Shown: piece by piece, positions 47,962-56,672 of the stretch
Layout: each line of letters opens with the position of its first letter
How positions within the stretch are numbered: position 1 is the stretch's first letter
Source: a virus
Direction: 5' to 3' (one strand)
Length of the DNA stretch: 64,000 nucleotides
IMG/VR virus record: IMGVR_UViG_3300025875_000008
Location: 12,538 to 76,537 of that record
Translations under genes and position numbers: made by a program
Notes under the pieces: model-generated
Told to the model about the DNA's origin: nothing
What the model saw: the letters and a program-made list of their open reading frames with translations, nothing else
Databases searched by the model: none

Positions 47962-48222
47962 GTGAAGCTCCTCGTCGCGTTCGTGAAGTGGGTGTTCTAC
48001 ATCGTCGGTGGATGGCTTGCCATCCACATCGTTCTCGCCGTGCTCGTGGCGGTGTTCGCCCAAAGCATCCCGTCCGGGGCCAAGATCAGCCTCGGCCTGA
48101 TGCAGAAGGAAGTCATTATGACCGGCGCCTTGCTGTCGTACAGCGACAACGTCGGCCCCGACCTGGCTGAGGGTAAGCGCATCGGCGACAAAGCCCTTCA
48201 GAGCAAGTCCAGCGACAACTGA
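47962..48222 (+). CDS. small membrane protein
   Basis: GAGGA RBS; long N-terminal hydrophobic segment. Confidence 0.6.
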   Translation: MKLLVAFVKWVFYIVGGWLAIHIVLAVLVAVFAQSIPSGAKISLGLMQKEVIMTGALLSYSDNVGPDLAEGKRIGDKALQSKSSDN

Positions 48223-48253
48223 CCGACATGAGAAAGGAAGGGTTCGATCTGAG

Positions 48254-50146
48254 ATGAGCAAGCGATTCAGCACCACTCTCGCGAAGACCAAGATCCGACG
48301 TTGGGCGTTCAGCAAACTTGAGCGGTGGACGAAGAAGGCGTCCGCTTGGCTGGATGAACTGGGACGCGAACTGAAGCAGTTCGCGGTGGTGGGCGTGATC
48401 GCCACCATCATCCTGTTCTGCTTCGTTCCGTGGCAGACGTTGGAGTTAGCGGTGTTCGTGGGAGTGGTGCTGTTCGCTATCAAGCAAAGCCCGTTCGTGC
48501 TGTGGCTGCACGGGTGGCGGCAACGACTGGTGGCCGACCATCAGGAACTGCCGAAGCTGAAGGAACTGCGCAGCACCTACGACCACCTTCAGAAGCAAGA
48601 GGAACTACTCACCGACAAGTGGCCCGAGTTGTGCAAGATGCACGGCTTGCAACTCAACAAACTCACCCCCGTTCTGGTCGACGTCAAGCCAACCCTGGAC
48701 TCGACCCCCCGGGGCGACCACGACTTCACCGCCCGTATCCCTCGCACTGGGTTCGACCCCGACGACATCAAGAACAAGGCCCCCAAGATCGTCAAGGGTC
48801 TCGGTTGCCAGTCCATCGCGGTTCGTGAAACAGCGGTGGGTTCGTGCGACATCCGCTTTAACTGGACGAACCCGATCCGTCGCGAACTACCGCTGCGCGA
48901 GCTGAAAATGCCACTCCGTGGCGGAATCGTCGTCGGGCACACGGAACACAACATGCCAGCCGAACTGCCTCTACCCACGTCGAAAATCTGGGTGGGCGTG
49001 TCTGGCTCGGGGAAGTCGAACGGCGCCGAAGGTGCACTGTGCGACCTGGCACGGCGAGGTGTTCCGATGCGAATTCGAATCGTCAACCCGAAGAAGAACG
49101 AGTTGCGCCAGTTCAACGAACTGGTCAAGCAGAAGATGGGCAACTTTGAAGTCAGGGACTACGCCGAATCCAAAGACGACTGCATCCGACTGTTGAAGGA
49201 TGCAGAGCAGGCAATGATCCGACGCAACGGCGCGATGAAGGGACGCAAGCTCACTGCACCTACCCCCGAGAATCCGTTGGACATCACCTATGTGGACGAG
49301 TTGATGATGCTGCCAAAGGAGGCATACAAAGACGGGCCATACAGCCCTATGGGGCAACTGGCTATCGCAGGCCGCGCATCGCTGTATTCACTGTGGGGCT
49401 CAACTCAACAGTTCTACGCCGCAGACTTCGGGACTATGAAGGGTCTGTTTGACGAACGGATTCTGTTTCGAGTCAAGACAGCAATACAAGCCGACATGGT
49501 GATTGACGAAGCTGTTAAGCGCGGCGCCCTGGCTCACAGGATTCACAAGTGGAAAGAAAAGGGTGTCGGCTACATCGAAGACGAACACGGTGAGCTGACC
49601 TTGTTCCGCGCCCCAAAGGTTGAGGACTGGCACCTAGGGCGACTCATTCACGGTCAGATCCCTGACCCGGACATGATCACAGTTGCGACCAAGGAAGAAG
49701 ACAAGCCGCTCGATCAGTCTGTCTACTTCATTGAGGCTCAGGGCACGGACCTGGTGAAGATCGGGATCGCGGAGGTTCCCGAGAAGCGGCTGAAGGAACT
49801 GCAAACCGCCAGCCCGCACAAGCTCGCCATCCTCGGCACCATGCCCGGTGGGAAGCCGCAAGAGTCGGCGTTTCACAAGCAGTTCGCGGCCACTAGGGCG
49901 CACGGCGAATGGTTCCACCGCACCCCCGAAATCGACGCTCTGATCGCTGATGTGATCGCCGGCAAGTACGACGAGCAGCCACCCGAGAAGGTGAAAGCGC
50001 ACCCGGTGCAGACCGCCCGCCAGTGGATTGATCAGAAGCAGATCGCGCACCGCGAGGCGAAGGGGCTCGAGCCGAAGCAACCCGCAGTGTGGGGACCGGA
50101 CGAACTCCCGTGGCTGCGTCCTGACTTCGTGGCCGGGCACCGCTGA
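48254..50146 (+). CDS. FtsK/SpoIIIE (TraB/TcpA-like) ATPase with C-terminal T5orf172 (GIY-YIG-like) domain
   Basis: Two N-terminal TMs; Walker A GVSGSGKS; Walker B TYVDE; GRASLYSLWGSTQ; VYFI..VKIG...RL..LQT...E..FH..F....GEWF. Confidence 0.82.
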   Translation: MSKRFSTTLAKTKIRRWAFSKLERWTKKASAWLDELGRELKQFAVVGVIATIILFCFVPWQTLELAVFVGVVLFAIKQSPFVLWLHGWRQRLVADHQELPKLKELRSTYDHLQKQEELLTDKWPELCKMHGLQLNKLTPVLVDVKPTLDSTPRGDHDFTARIPRTGFDPDDIKNKAPKIVKGLGCQSIAVRETAVGSCDIRFNWTNPIRRELPLRELKMPLRGGIVVGHTEHNMPAELPLPTSKIWVGVSGSGKSNGAEGALCDLARRGVPMRIRIVNPKKNELRQFNELVKQKMGNFEVRDYAESKDDCIRLLKDAEQAMIRRNGAMKGRKLTAPTPENPLDITYVDELMMLPKEAYKDGPYSPMGQLAIAGRASLYSLWGSTQQFYAADFGTMKGLFDERILFRVKTAIQADMVIDEAVKRGALAHRIHKWKEKGVGYIEDEHGELTLFRAPKVEDWHLGRLIHGQIPDPDMITVATKEEDKPLDQSVYFIEAQGTDLVKIGIAEVPEKRLKELQTASPHKLAILGTMPGGKPQESAFHKQFAATRAHGEWFHRTPEIDALIADVIAGKYDEQPPEKVKAHPVQTARQWIDQKQIAHREAKGLEPKQPAVWGPDELPWLRPDFVAGHR

Positions 50147-51639
50147 TGCCCGACATCGCTGTTGGCCCAGTCGTTGTTGACGCTGGCACTGCCGCCAAGT
50201 GGACGGCGCGCATCATCGGTGCCGGGGTCATCAGTGTCGTCGTCCTGGTTGCGCTCGCGATGATTTTCGCCGGACTGGCTGCGAAGCAAGGCAACGACGT
50301 CGAGGTCAACTGCGGACCTGCTGTCTCCATGCCACTCGGCGACCAAGGGCTGAACGTCACCGGCAAGATCGGCGACAAGATGCACAAGCCGAACTTCAGC
50401 AGCGCCTGGCAAACCGTCAAGTCACTATTCCGGGCGATCGAGATTCTGCGCATGTGGATCGGCAACATCGGCAACCACGCACAAGGGTTGCCGGAGGGGA
50501 GTGGCGCCACAGGTTGGCGGAACAGGACCGAACAGGACAAAGCAGCAGACCTGGCTGCCTGCTGCCCATCTGAGCCAATTGCGCCCGCCGACCCTGACGA
50601 GGCACCCAAGGACCCGGCACCACCCAAGGAAGAATGGGACCCGAAGAACGCGTCGCTACAACTTGAGGACGCCACCAGTAAAGAGGAACGGCAGGTGAAG
50701 ATTCTGCGCACCGCGATCAGCGTCCGCAAAGCGAAAGACTTGCCACCTCGGGCTGACTTGGTGATCGCCGTCGCCGGCCTGGTGGAGTCGAACATTGCGA
50801 ACCTGAACTACGGCGACCGGGACAGTCTCGGCTGGTTGCAGCAGCGCCCGTCTGCTGGCTGGGGGTCACCGTCGCAGATCCGCGACATCCGCTACTCGTC
50901 GGCGAAGTTCTTCGACCACCTGAAAGGCGTCGACGGGTGGCAGTCGATGACGGTCGGCAGGGCAGCTCAGAAAGTGCAGATTTCGGCGTTCCCTGACCGG
51001 TATGACAAGCGAACCGCCGAAGCAAAGAAACTCCTCGCAATGGCTGGCGGGGGGAACCCCGACACCCAAGACGCACCCGCCGTTCCCAAGGCGCCGCCGA
51101 GCACCCCGAACATCGCCTGCGAATCCCAGTCGCCAACCACAGGCACCATCGTTCCCGCCGACACTGCACCCATCCCGGGTGGCACCACCCGCACCCCCGC
51201 CAGCTTCAACAAGCAAGGCAACCCGCGAACCGTCGAACAGACGATGACATTCCTCGAGAACATGATTGAGGACAAGACCCCGATTCAGCCGGACATGTGC
51301 GCTCGGTACGTCGCAAGGGCATACGGCTGGAAAAACTCGGGTTGCTACCCCTGGTCGGGCGATAGGAGCGGCTGCACTGCGATTGGTTTGTGGCACAGCA
51401 TCCCTGACAACCTCAAACGGCCCGGCAAGTCCAACCCACCCCGTGGCGCCCTCGTGTTTTGGAAGACAAAGAACGCCGCCCGGCACATCGCCATCTCGGC
51501 CGGCAACGGCAAGATCATCTCCACCGACATCCCGAACGGGCGCTGGGGAACGATCGACCTGGAAGAGATCGACCGCTGGGGGCCGCGCATCGGGTGGGCT
51601 GCCCCGCACTGGCCCGCACACTCAGGAACGCAAGCATGA
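50146..51639 (+). CDS. membrane-anchored bifunctional wall hydrolase (lysozyme-like + CHAP/NlpC-P60-like)
   Basis: N-terminal TM; LVESNIANLNYGDRDSLGWLQQRPSAGWG; CARYVARAYG...PPRGALVFW...HIAISAGNG. Confidence 0.82.
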   Translation: MPDIAVGPVVVDAGTAAKWTARIIGAGVISVVVLVALAMIFAGLAAKQGNDVEVNCGPAVSMPLGDQGLNVTGKIGDKMHKPNFSSAWQTVKSLFRAIEILRMWIGNIGNHAQGLPEGSGATGWRNRTEQDKAADLAACCPSEPIAPADPDEAPKDPAPPKEEWDPKNASLQLEDATSKEERQVKILRTAISVRKAKDLPPRADLVIAVAGLVESNIANLNYGDRDSLGWLQQRPSAGWGSPSQIRDIRYSSAKFFDHLKGVDGWQSMTVGRAAQKVQISAFPDRYDKRTAEAKKLLAMAGGGNPDTQDAPAVPKAPPSTPNIACESQSPTTGTIVPADTAPIPGGTTRTPASFNKQGNPRTVEQTMTFLENMIEDKTPIQPDMCARYVARAYGWKNSGCYPWSGDRSGCTAIGLWHSIPDNLKRPGKSNPPRGALVFWKTKNAARHIAISAGNGKIISTDIPNGRWGTIDLEEIDRWGPRIGWAAPHWPAHSGTQA

Positions 51640-51688
51640 TTGTCGGCCCGTACTGCCATACTGGAACCCACTACAGAACGGACCTGAC

Positions 51689-52162
51689 ATGCTGTTCCTG
51701 CTGATTGTTCTCGCCGCCATCGCCTGGGCCGCGCTGTCTTTCGCCCTGGCCGTGACCGTCGCACTGTTGATACGGATGCGCGGCAACTACCCCGAGGGCG
51801 AGTCGTTCAAGTCGTGGCGCAACGTCACCTTCAAGCACGTGCTGTTCGGCGGCTACGGGCTTGTCGGGGCAGGGTTCGCAGTCGGCTACATCTACCGGGT
51901 TCGCGAAGGTCTGTCCGAGACTCCCGCATGGGTTGAGAACGTGGTGTGGCTCACTGAGCATTGGTGGGTGATCCTCATCGTCGGCGTGCTGGCATTGCTG
52001 GGGTTCGCCGGTTGGTGGCTGTGGCAGCACCGCGAAGTGGTCGTCACCGAAGACACGCCTGACCTCTCCCCCGCAGTCCCCCACCCCGATCAGCAGATGA
52101 CAGCGGTCATGCCGTGGTCGCTGGACCCCAACACCCCGCACTGGCAGACAGGAAGGAACTGA
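51689..52162 (+). CDS. 3-TM membrane protein
   Basis: Three hydrophobic segments; same strand and operon as the FtsK gene. Confidence 0.65.
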   Translation: MLFLLIVLAAIAWAALSFALAVTVALLIRMRGNYPEGESFKSWRNVTFKHVLFGGYGLVGAGFAVGYIYRVREGLSETPAWVENVVWLTEHWWVILIVGVLALLGFAGWWLWQHREVVVTEDTPDLSPAVPHPDQQMTAVMPWSLDPNTPHWQTGRN

Positions 52163-52228
52163 CATGGCAGCGTTCGTCCGAGCTGAGCACTGCAAGCACC
52201 ACCGCAAGTTCGACATCAACTGTGGATC

Positions 52229-52351
52229 ATGTCGCAACGCCGCGTCGCGCAGGTAACCCGCCGCTGGACGATCGGCGACTACGCACTGCTCGCTGGGCTG
52301 CTGGCAACCGTGCTCATCGCCGTCCTGACCCTGCGCTGCTGGTTCCTGTAG
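52229..52351 (+). CDS. 40-aa single-TM peptide
   Basis: MSQRRVAQVTRRWTIGDYALLAGLLATVLIAVLTLRCWFL. Confidence 0.45.
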   Translation: MSQRRVAQVTRRWTIGDYALLAGLLATVLIAVLTLRCWFL

Positions 52352-52366
52352 CCACCTAGAACCGCA

Positions 52367-52401
52367 ACACCCTCTCGCCAACGTCAGGGGCGAGAGGGTG
52401 T
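52367..52401. terminator. bidirectional terminator
   Basis: 13-bp perfect stem ACACCCTCTCGCC/GGCGAGAGGGTGT between convergent genes. Confidence 0.75.
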
Positions 52402-52457
52402 TTGCCGTTCGGGGGATCCGGCTACCTATCAGAGACAGCAGCAGGCGGGCTGATACA

Positions 52458-53045
52458 TCACCCGACCTTCTTCCATTCTCCGCAGCCGCTGGACGTGAAG
52501 CTGTACGCCTTGCTGGTGATGCGGATCAGCGTCTTGCCTTTGGGGGTGACTTCCTGCTCAAGGATGTCGCCGTCCTCAGTTTCGGTTTGCGCGTAGCAGT
52601 ACGGTTCACCATCAGCCACGCCACCCGACTGCCACTTGCCGGTTTTGATCTCGTCCCCAACCAGGTAGGTGCCGTCCGAAATCGCGCCATCGTCCTGCGC
52701 GCCGCCCTCCTCATCCGACGTCGGTTCCGGCTCAGGTGCGGGCGCTTTCTCCGTCACCGTCACAGTGGGTGCCGGCTCAGCAGCCTTACCCGCCTGCGTG
52801 ACCGTCTTCCCGGGCTGCGTCACGGTTACTGTGGGCGCTGGACCGGCAGCAGGGACAGCGGTGGTCGCATCCCCCGCCGATCCCCCCGCGCACCCGATGA
52901 TCGTCCCCAACAGGAACCCGCCCACACCCGCCAACAACCATTTGCGGGACTTCTTCGGCTTCGGCAACGGCTGAGCTGGCCCCGGGTTGTAAGGACCGTA
53001 CGGCTGACCCTGCGGCGGATAGTTCGGCGGCGGCTGACTACTCAC
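52458..53045 (-). CDS. Pro-rich membrane-anchored/lipoprotein-like surface protein
   Basis: AGGAG RBS; TM ending GCAGG; PTVTVT repeats; DGTYLVGDEIKTG...CY...SSGCGEW domain. Confidence 0.8.
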   Translation of the reverse strand: MSSQPPPNYPPQGQPYGPYNPGPAQPLPKPKKSRKWLLAGVGGFLLGTIIGCAGGSAGDATTAVPAAGPAPTVTVTQPGKTVTQAGKAAEPAPTVTVTEKAPAPEPEPTSDEEGGAQDDGAISDGTYLVGDEIKTGKWQSGGVADGEPYCYAQTETEDGDILEQEVTPKGKTLIRITSKAYSFTSSGCGEWKKVG

Positions 53046-53124
53046 TGGACTCCTAAAGTTGAACGGGCACGACCATTGTTAAGGGTAACGGGGCAACAGG
53101 GGCGGGTTAGCGGTAACGAGTTAG

Positions 53125-53385
53125 TCACGAGAGTTCTGTCAATGGGGCGAGCCGCAACTGAATCGGACCTGACGTCGCTGCCAGATTTCCGCGCATGATC
53201 GCGAACACCTGATCGAGTCGTTCATGCGCGTGCTCAATGCACACAGCATCAGCGATGAAGCCCGGCTGGTGCGCATGATCGACACGAAACAGGAGCGACC
53301 GCCCTGGGCTGAGGATGTGTGCTGAAATGATGGCAGGATCACCGCAGTTCTCAATAGAGCACCTAGCGGCAGGGTTGAGTGTCAT
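53125..53385 (-). CDS. hypothetical protein
   Basis: ATGA-coupled; CSIENC...VCIEH. Confidence 0.55.
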   Translation of the reverse strand: MTLNPAARCSIENCGDPAIISAHILSPGRSLLFRVDHAHQPGFIADAVCIEHAHERLDQVFAIMRGNLAATSGPIQLRLAPLTELS

Positions 53386-53582
53386 CGGTCAGTTCCAACT
53401 AGATGGCCTAGTGCGGTGCGTCCGCACACTTCACACCACTTGGGCTTCGCGTCGTGGTGCTGCTGCGGTTCGTGAGGCCCTGGGCACGCTTCCCAAACGG
53501 CGAACTCCAATTTAGCTACGGCTCGGTGAGCCGTGTCGCGCAAAACGTCAAGTTCGCCCTGCGTTGTATCTACTTCACTCAC
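53382..53582 (-). CDS. hypothetical Zn-binding protein
   Basis: GTGA-coupled start; CPGPH...WCEVCG. Confidence 0.55.
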   Translation of the reverse strand: MSEVDTTQGELDVLRDTAHRAVAKLEFAVWEACPGPHEPQQHHDAKPKWCEVCGRTALGHLVGTDR

Positions 53583-53776
53583 AGCTTCCACGTCCATCCT
53601 GGCCGGATCCTCACTGTCACCCTGTTGCCGCGCCTGGCAGTAGGGTTGAACGTCACCCGATCCCACAGCCGAAACGAAAACGAGGGCAGGCCCAGATCCT
53701 GGTTCATGTGAATGTCGAGGTTCTTGCCGTCACGGAGTTGCTTGCGCTTGCGGAAACCGACGCCGAGGAACCTCAC
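53579..53776 (-). CDS. basic hypothetical protein
   Basis: GTGA-coupled in the leftward operon. Confidence 0.55.
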   Translation of the reverse strand: MRFLGVGFRKRKQLRDGKNLDIHMNQDLGLPSFSFRLWDRVTFNPTARRGNRVTVRIRPGWTWKL

Positions 53777-53982
53777 AGCGACGACTCCGCTCGAGCCATT
53801 ACGTCGGCGACAGTGGCGCGACGAACCTTAATGTGAACGTGCAGCTCGCGGGTGTAACCGAACTCCCGCTTTGCTTCCGCCAGATTTGCGGCGTACTTAA
53901 TGCTCTCAGTGGTCTTGCCCCAGGTGAATCGGCTGACGACGTACGCGTGCTTGCCGTCCTTGTCCGGCGCGAACTTGCTCAT
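53773..53982 (-). CDS. hypothetical protein
   Basis: ATGA-coupled; GGAAAGGGG RBS. Confidence 0.6.
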   Translation of the reverse strand: MSKFAPDKDGKHAYVVSRFTWGKTTESIKYAANLAEAKREFGYTRELHVHIKVRRATVADVMARAESSL

Positions 53983-54143
53983 GCTTCCCCTTTCCGGGGC
54001 TTGTTGTAGTTGACCAGCGACTTGCGGACTGCCTCGCTGACGGTTTCGCCGCGAGAGGCAGCACGACGGCGGGCGGTGTCGTAGTTGCGTGCGTTGCGAG
54101 CCTGAGTCTCGGCCAACTCGCGGATGACTGACTTCAGCATCAT
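53979..54143 (-). CDS. small RHH-like protein
   Basis: MMLKSVIRELAE...ARRRAASRGETVSEAVRKSL; coupled at both ends. Confidence 0.5.
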   Translation of the reverse strand: MMLKSVIRELAETQARNARNYDTARRRAASRGETVSEAVRKSLVNYNKPRKGEA

Positions 54144-54343
54144 TGCCCCTTGTAGCCGAGTTGCATCAACAGTCGCTCGTAGTTCCAGCGTTCCACCACA
54201 TGCCGCACAGTGTCGTGCGGGTATGCGACCAAGGGTGTCCCGTTGAACCTTCCCTTGAACTGGCCCTGCGCTCGTGCTGTGTTGAGCGCGGTTGCTGCCG
54301 CGTCGTCAATGCGAGTTCCAGGACCATAGGTGTCGTCGTTCAT
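54140..54343 (-). CDS. hypothetical protein
   Basis: AAGGAAGG RBS, ATGA-coupled. Confidence 0.6.
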   Translation of the reverse strand: MNDDTYGPGTRIDDAAATALNTARAQGQFKGRFNGTPLVAYPHDTVRHVVERWNYERLLMQLGYKGQ

Positions 54344-54525
54344 GCCTTACCTTCCTTTCGCTTCTCGGCCAACGCTTCCACGTCGGCAGTGTTGAACAAC
54401 AGTTGCCCGTTGGCGAGCTTGGCTGCCGGCTTCAGCTCACCTCGAACCACCATGCGGGTGACTGTGGACACGGACGCGACACCGAGGATGTCTCGGGCTT
54501 CAGCCGTTGTGATGGGATCGCTCAT
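54340..54525 (-). CDS. small MerR/excisionase-type HTH protein
   Basis: ITTAEARDILG...TVTRMVVRGELKP...LLFNTADVEAL; paralog of 1604 and 63566. Confidence 0.8.
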   Translation of the reverse strand: MSDPITTAEARDILGVASVSTVTRMVVRGELKPAAKLANGQLLFNTADVEALAEKRKEGKA

Positions 54526-54583
54526 GCATCAATCATTGCGCAATGAGTGTTGCAGTGTCAAGCAGATTGACAGTACATGTTCA
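54526..54583 (-). promoter_or_regulatory. leftward promoter with operator-like array, leaderless start
   Basis: Minus strand TGAACA-N5-TGTCAA-N5-TTGACA(-35), 18-nt spacer, AATGAT, 6 nt, ATG; CATTGCGCAATG palindrome. Confidence 0.72.
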
Positions 54584-54689
54584 CCCTGATGCGACAGATT
54601 TTGTTGTTGGTTGTCTCCATACGTCTTGGGTGACTCTGCTGGCCCTAGTGCTGTAGCCAAACACGTACACCAACTGGTATGGTCCGAGC

Positions 54690-55190
54690 ATGACCTCACT
54701 CAAAGACGACTTCGATGCCGACACGACGCACAGGTGGGCCGAGCAATGGCGCATTCCTCTAGTGACGAGTCCCTATCCCCGCTGGAACTACGAGGTCGCC
54801 CTGGTCGTCCCCTTCGGTGACGACGCCCTGTGGCGAACGGTTTGGCCCACGGACTTTGAAGCGGAGTTGGTGGCATCCCTGATCGACTACCGGCGCAGTT
54901 ACTACAACGACTCCTACCAGCGAAAGATGCTTAGCCGCAGCCTTGACGTAGATGGGTCAACGAACAGCAAGATTCTGCTCAAGACTGAGGATGGTTGGTA
55001 CTACCGCCTAGCAACCTGGCACCACGGCCCCTGGCCGCTGTACAACACCCCCGCCGAAGTGAAAGCGCCGTTCACGCCCGATGCCCGTGGTCTCGTTGCC
55101 TTGATGGATCGCATGTACACCATCGTGGATCACGTCTACGATCCTTGGCTTGACTGGAAGCGAACGCACCCAATCTTTGAGGGGCTGTGA
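54690..55190 (+). CDS. Trp/Tyr-rich hypothetical protein coupled to the integrase
   Basis: TATGGT -10 box 6 nt before ATG; GTGA overlap with int. Confidence 0.7.
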   Translation: MTSLKDDFDADTTHRWAEQWRIPLVTSPYPRWNYEVALVVPFGDDALWRTVWPTDFEAELVASLIDYRRSYYNDSYQRKMLSRSLDVDGSTNSKILLKTEDGWYYRLATWHHGPWPLYNTPAEVKAPFTPDARGLVALMDRMYTIVDHVYDPWLDWKRTHPIFEGL

Positions 55191-56557
55191 TATCCCCTGT
55201 CCGTGTCGTCATCTATCTCCGCATCTCCCTTGACGCTGTAGGGCTGGGTCTCGCCGTTGAACGGCAGCGCGAGGAGTGCATGAGGCTCATCCGTGAACGC
55301 GGCTGGCAGTTCGTGCGCGAGTACGCCGACAACAGCATCAGCGCATCCAAGCGGACCACGCTGCGCCCAGCGTATGAGCAGATGGTGTCCGACTTTGAAG
55401 CAGGCGAGTTCGACGCCATCGTGTGCTACGACCTGGACCGGCTCACCCGCCAACCCCGCCAGTTGGAAGACTGGTGCGAGGCAGCCGAGGAGAAAGGGCT
55501 GAAGCTCGTCACCGCCAACGGCGAAGCGGACCTGTCCAACTACAACGGACGCACCTTCGCCCGTATCAAAGCGTCCATCGCCCGGGGCGAGATGGAAGCC
55601 AAGAGTGCCCGCCAGAAGGCAGCGCACGTCCAACGAGCAGCAATGGGCAAACCGTGGGCTAACCGGCGACCGTTCGGGTTCCTTGGCGGCGGCAGCGAAC
55701 ACCACCCCGAAGAAGCGCCCATCCTCGCCGGCATCTACAACGACATCCTGATGGGTGCAGGGCAAACCACTATCTGTAGCACTCTCAACCAGTCTGGCGT
55801 CACAACCACCCAAGGCAACCAGTGGCGCCAGTCATCACTGCGGCAACTACTGTTGAACCCCCGCAACGCCGGACTGCGCGCACGCCACGGTGTCATCGTT
55901 GGGCAAGGACTGTGGCAGCCAATAGTCACCGAAGACGTGTGGCGGGCAGCATGCAACATCGTCACCAGCCACCCACTCGTCGGCCACCGAGGCAGCCTGC
56001 ACCTACTGTCCGGGTTGCTCACCTGCGGTCTGTGCGGCAGCTCAATGACCACCGGCTACACCAGCCGTAAAGTCCGCATGTACCGCTGTACTGAATGCAA
56101 ACGCATCGGCAGGAACGCCGACAACGTGGACGAATGGATCGCCGCTGTCGTGACAGCCCGACTCAACCGACCCGACGCTGACAGGCTGCTGGTCGACAAC
56201 AACGCACCCAACGTCACCGGGCTACAGGACGAAGTGCGCCGGCTCGAAGCTGTCCTAGAAGAGAACACGAAGATGCGCGGATCAGGCGACATGAGCGTGG
56301 CCGAGTGGAAGACAGCGAAGGTTCGCACCAGCGAGCTGATCGAAGCGACCCGGGCGAAGATCACCAAGAACACATCAGCCGCCATCCTCGAGCCCCTGGT
56401 CAACGCACCCGACGCCGCGATCGTGTGGCAAACCCAACCCGTCGACCGACGCCGCGCAGTCATCGGCACCCTTGCCCGCATCGTCGTCAACCCCACCCGC
56501 AAAGGGGCCAAGTTCAACCCCGACGACATCGACGTCCAATGGAGGATAGACGCATGA
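55187..56557 (+). CDS. int: large serine integrase
   Basis: IYLRIS catalytic Ser, RQ..C, D.ISAS, DRLTR, recombinase domain, CGLCG/YRC zinc ribbon, coiled coil. Confidence 0.95.
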   Translation: MISPVRVVIYLRISLDAVGLGLAVERQREECMRLIRERGWQFVREYADNSISASKRTTLRPAYEQMVSDFEAGEFDAIVCYDLDRLTRQPRQLEDWCEAAEEKGLKLVTANGEADLSNYNGRTFARIKASIARGEMEAKSARQKAAHVQRAAMGKPWANRRPFGFLGGGSEHHPEEAPILAGIYNDILMGAGQTTICSTLNQSGVTTTQGNQWRQSSLRQLLLNPRNAGLRARHGVIVGQGLWQPIVTEDVWRAACNIVTSHPLVGHRGSLHLLSGLLTCGLCGSSMTTGYTSRKVRMYRCTECKRIGRNADNVDEWIAAVVTARLNRPDADRLLVDNNAPNVTGLQDEVRRLEAVLEENTKMRGSGDMSVAEWKTAKVRTSELIEATRAKITKNTSAAILEPLVNAPDAAIVWQTQPVDRRRAVIGTLARIVVNPTRKGAKFNPDDIDVQWRIDA

Positions 56558-56562
56558 CGCTG

Positions 56563-56604
56563 CGTCAACATGCTTGACAACCTGTGCCATTTCGGCGCTA
56601 CAGT
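56563..56604 (+). promoter_or_regulatory. promoter with operator-like array
   Basis: CGTCAA-N5-TTGACA-N5-TGCCAT; TACAGT -10 (spacer long, 19 nt). Confidence 0.55.
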
Positions 56605-56672
56605 TGTTAGATAAGAACCCCGCACCTGAGGGCATCAGGCCGGGGCACGGTCCAACTATCTAGGAGTTAGAC

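Noticed and set aside
53080-53124. GG(T/C)AAC repeats as TraB recognition (clt-like) sites
   Set aside because: Only three degenerate hexamers, not a clear array of 8-bp direct repeats.
54584-54689. Candidate attP for the serine integrase (partial GTTGGT..ACGT..TTGG / CCAA..ACGT..ACCAAC symmetry)
   Set aside because: Arm spacing is asymmetric and the gap after int is equally plausible; cannot assign without attB or host flanks.
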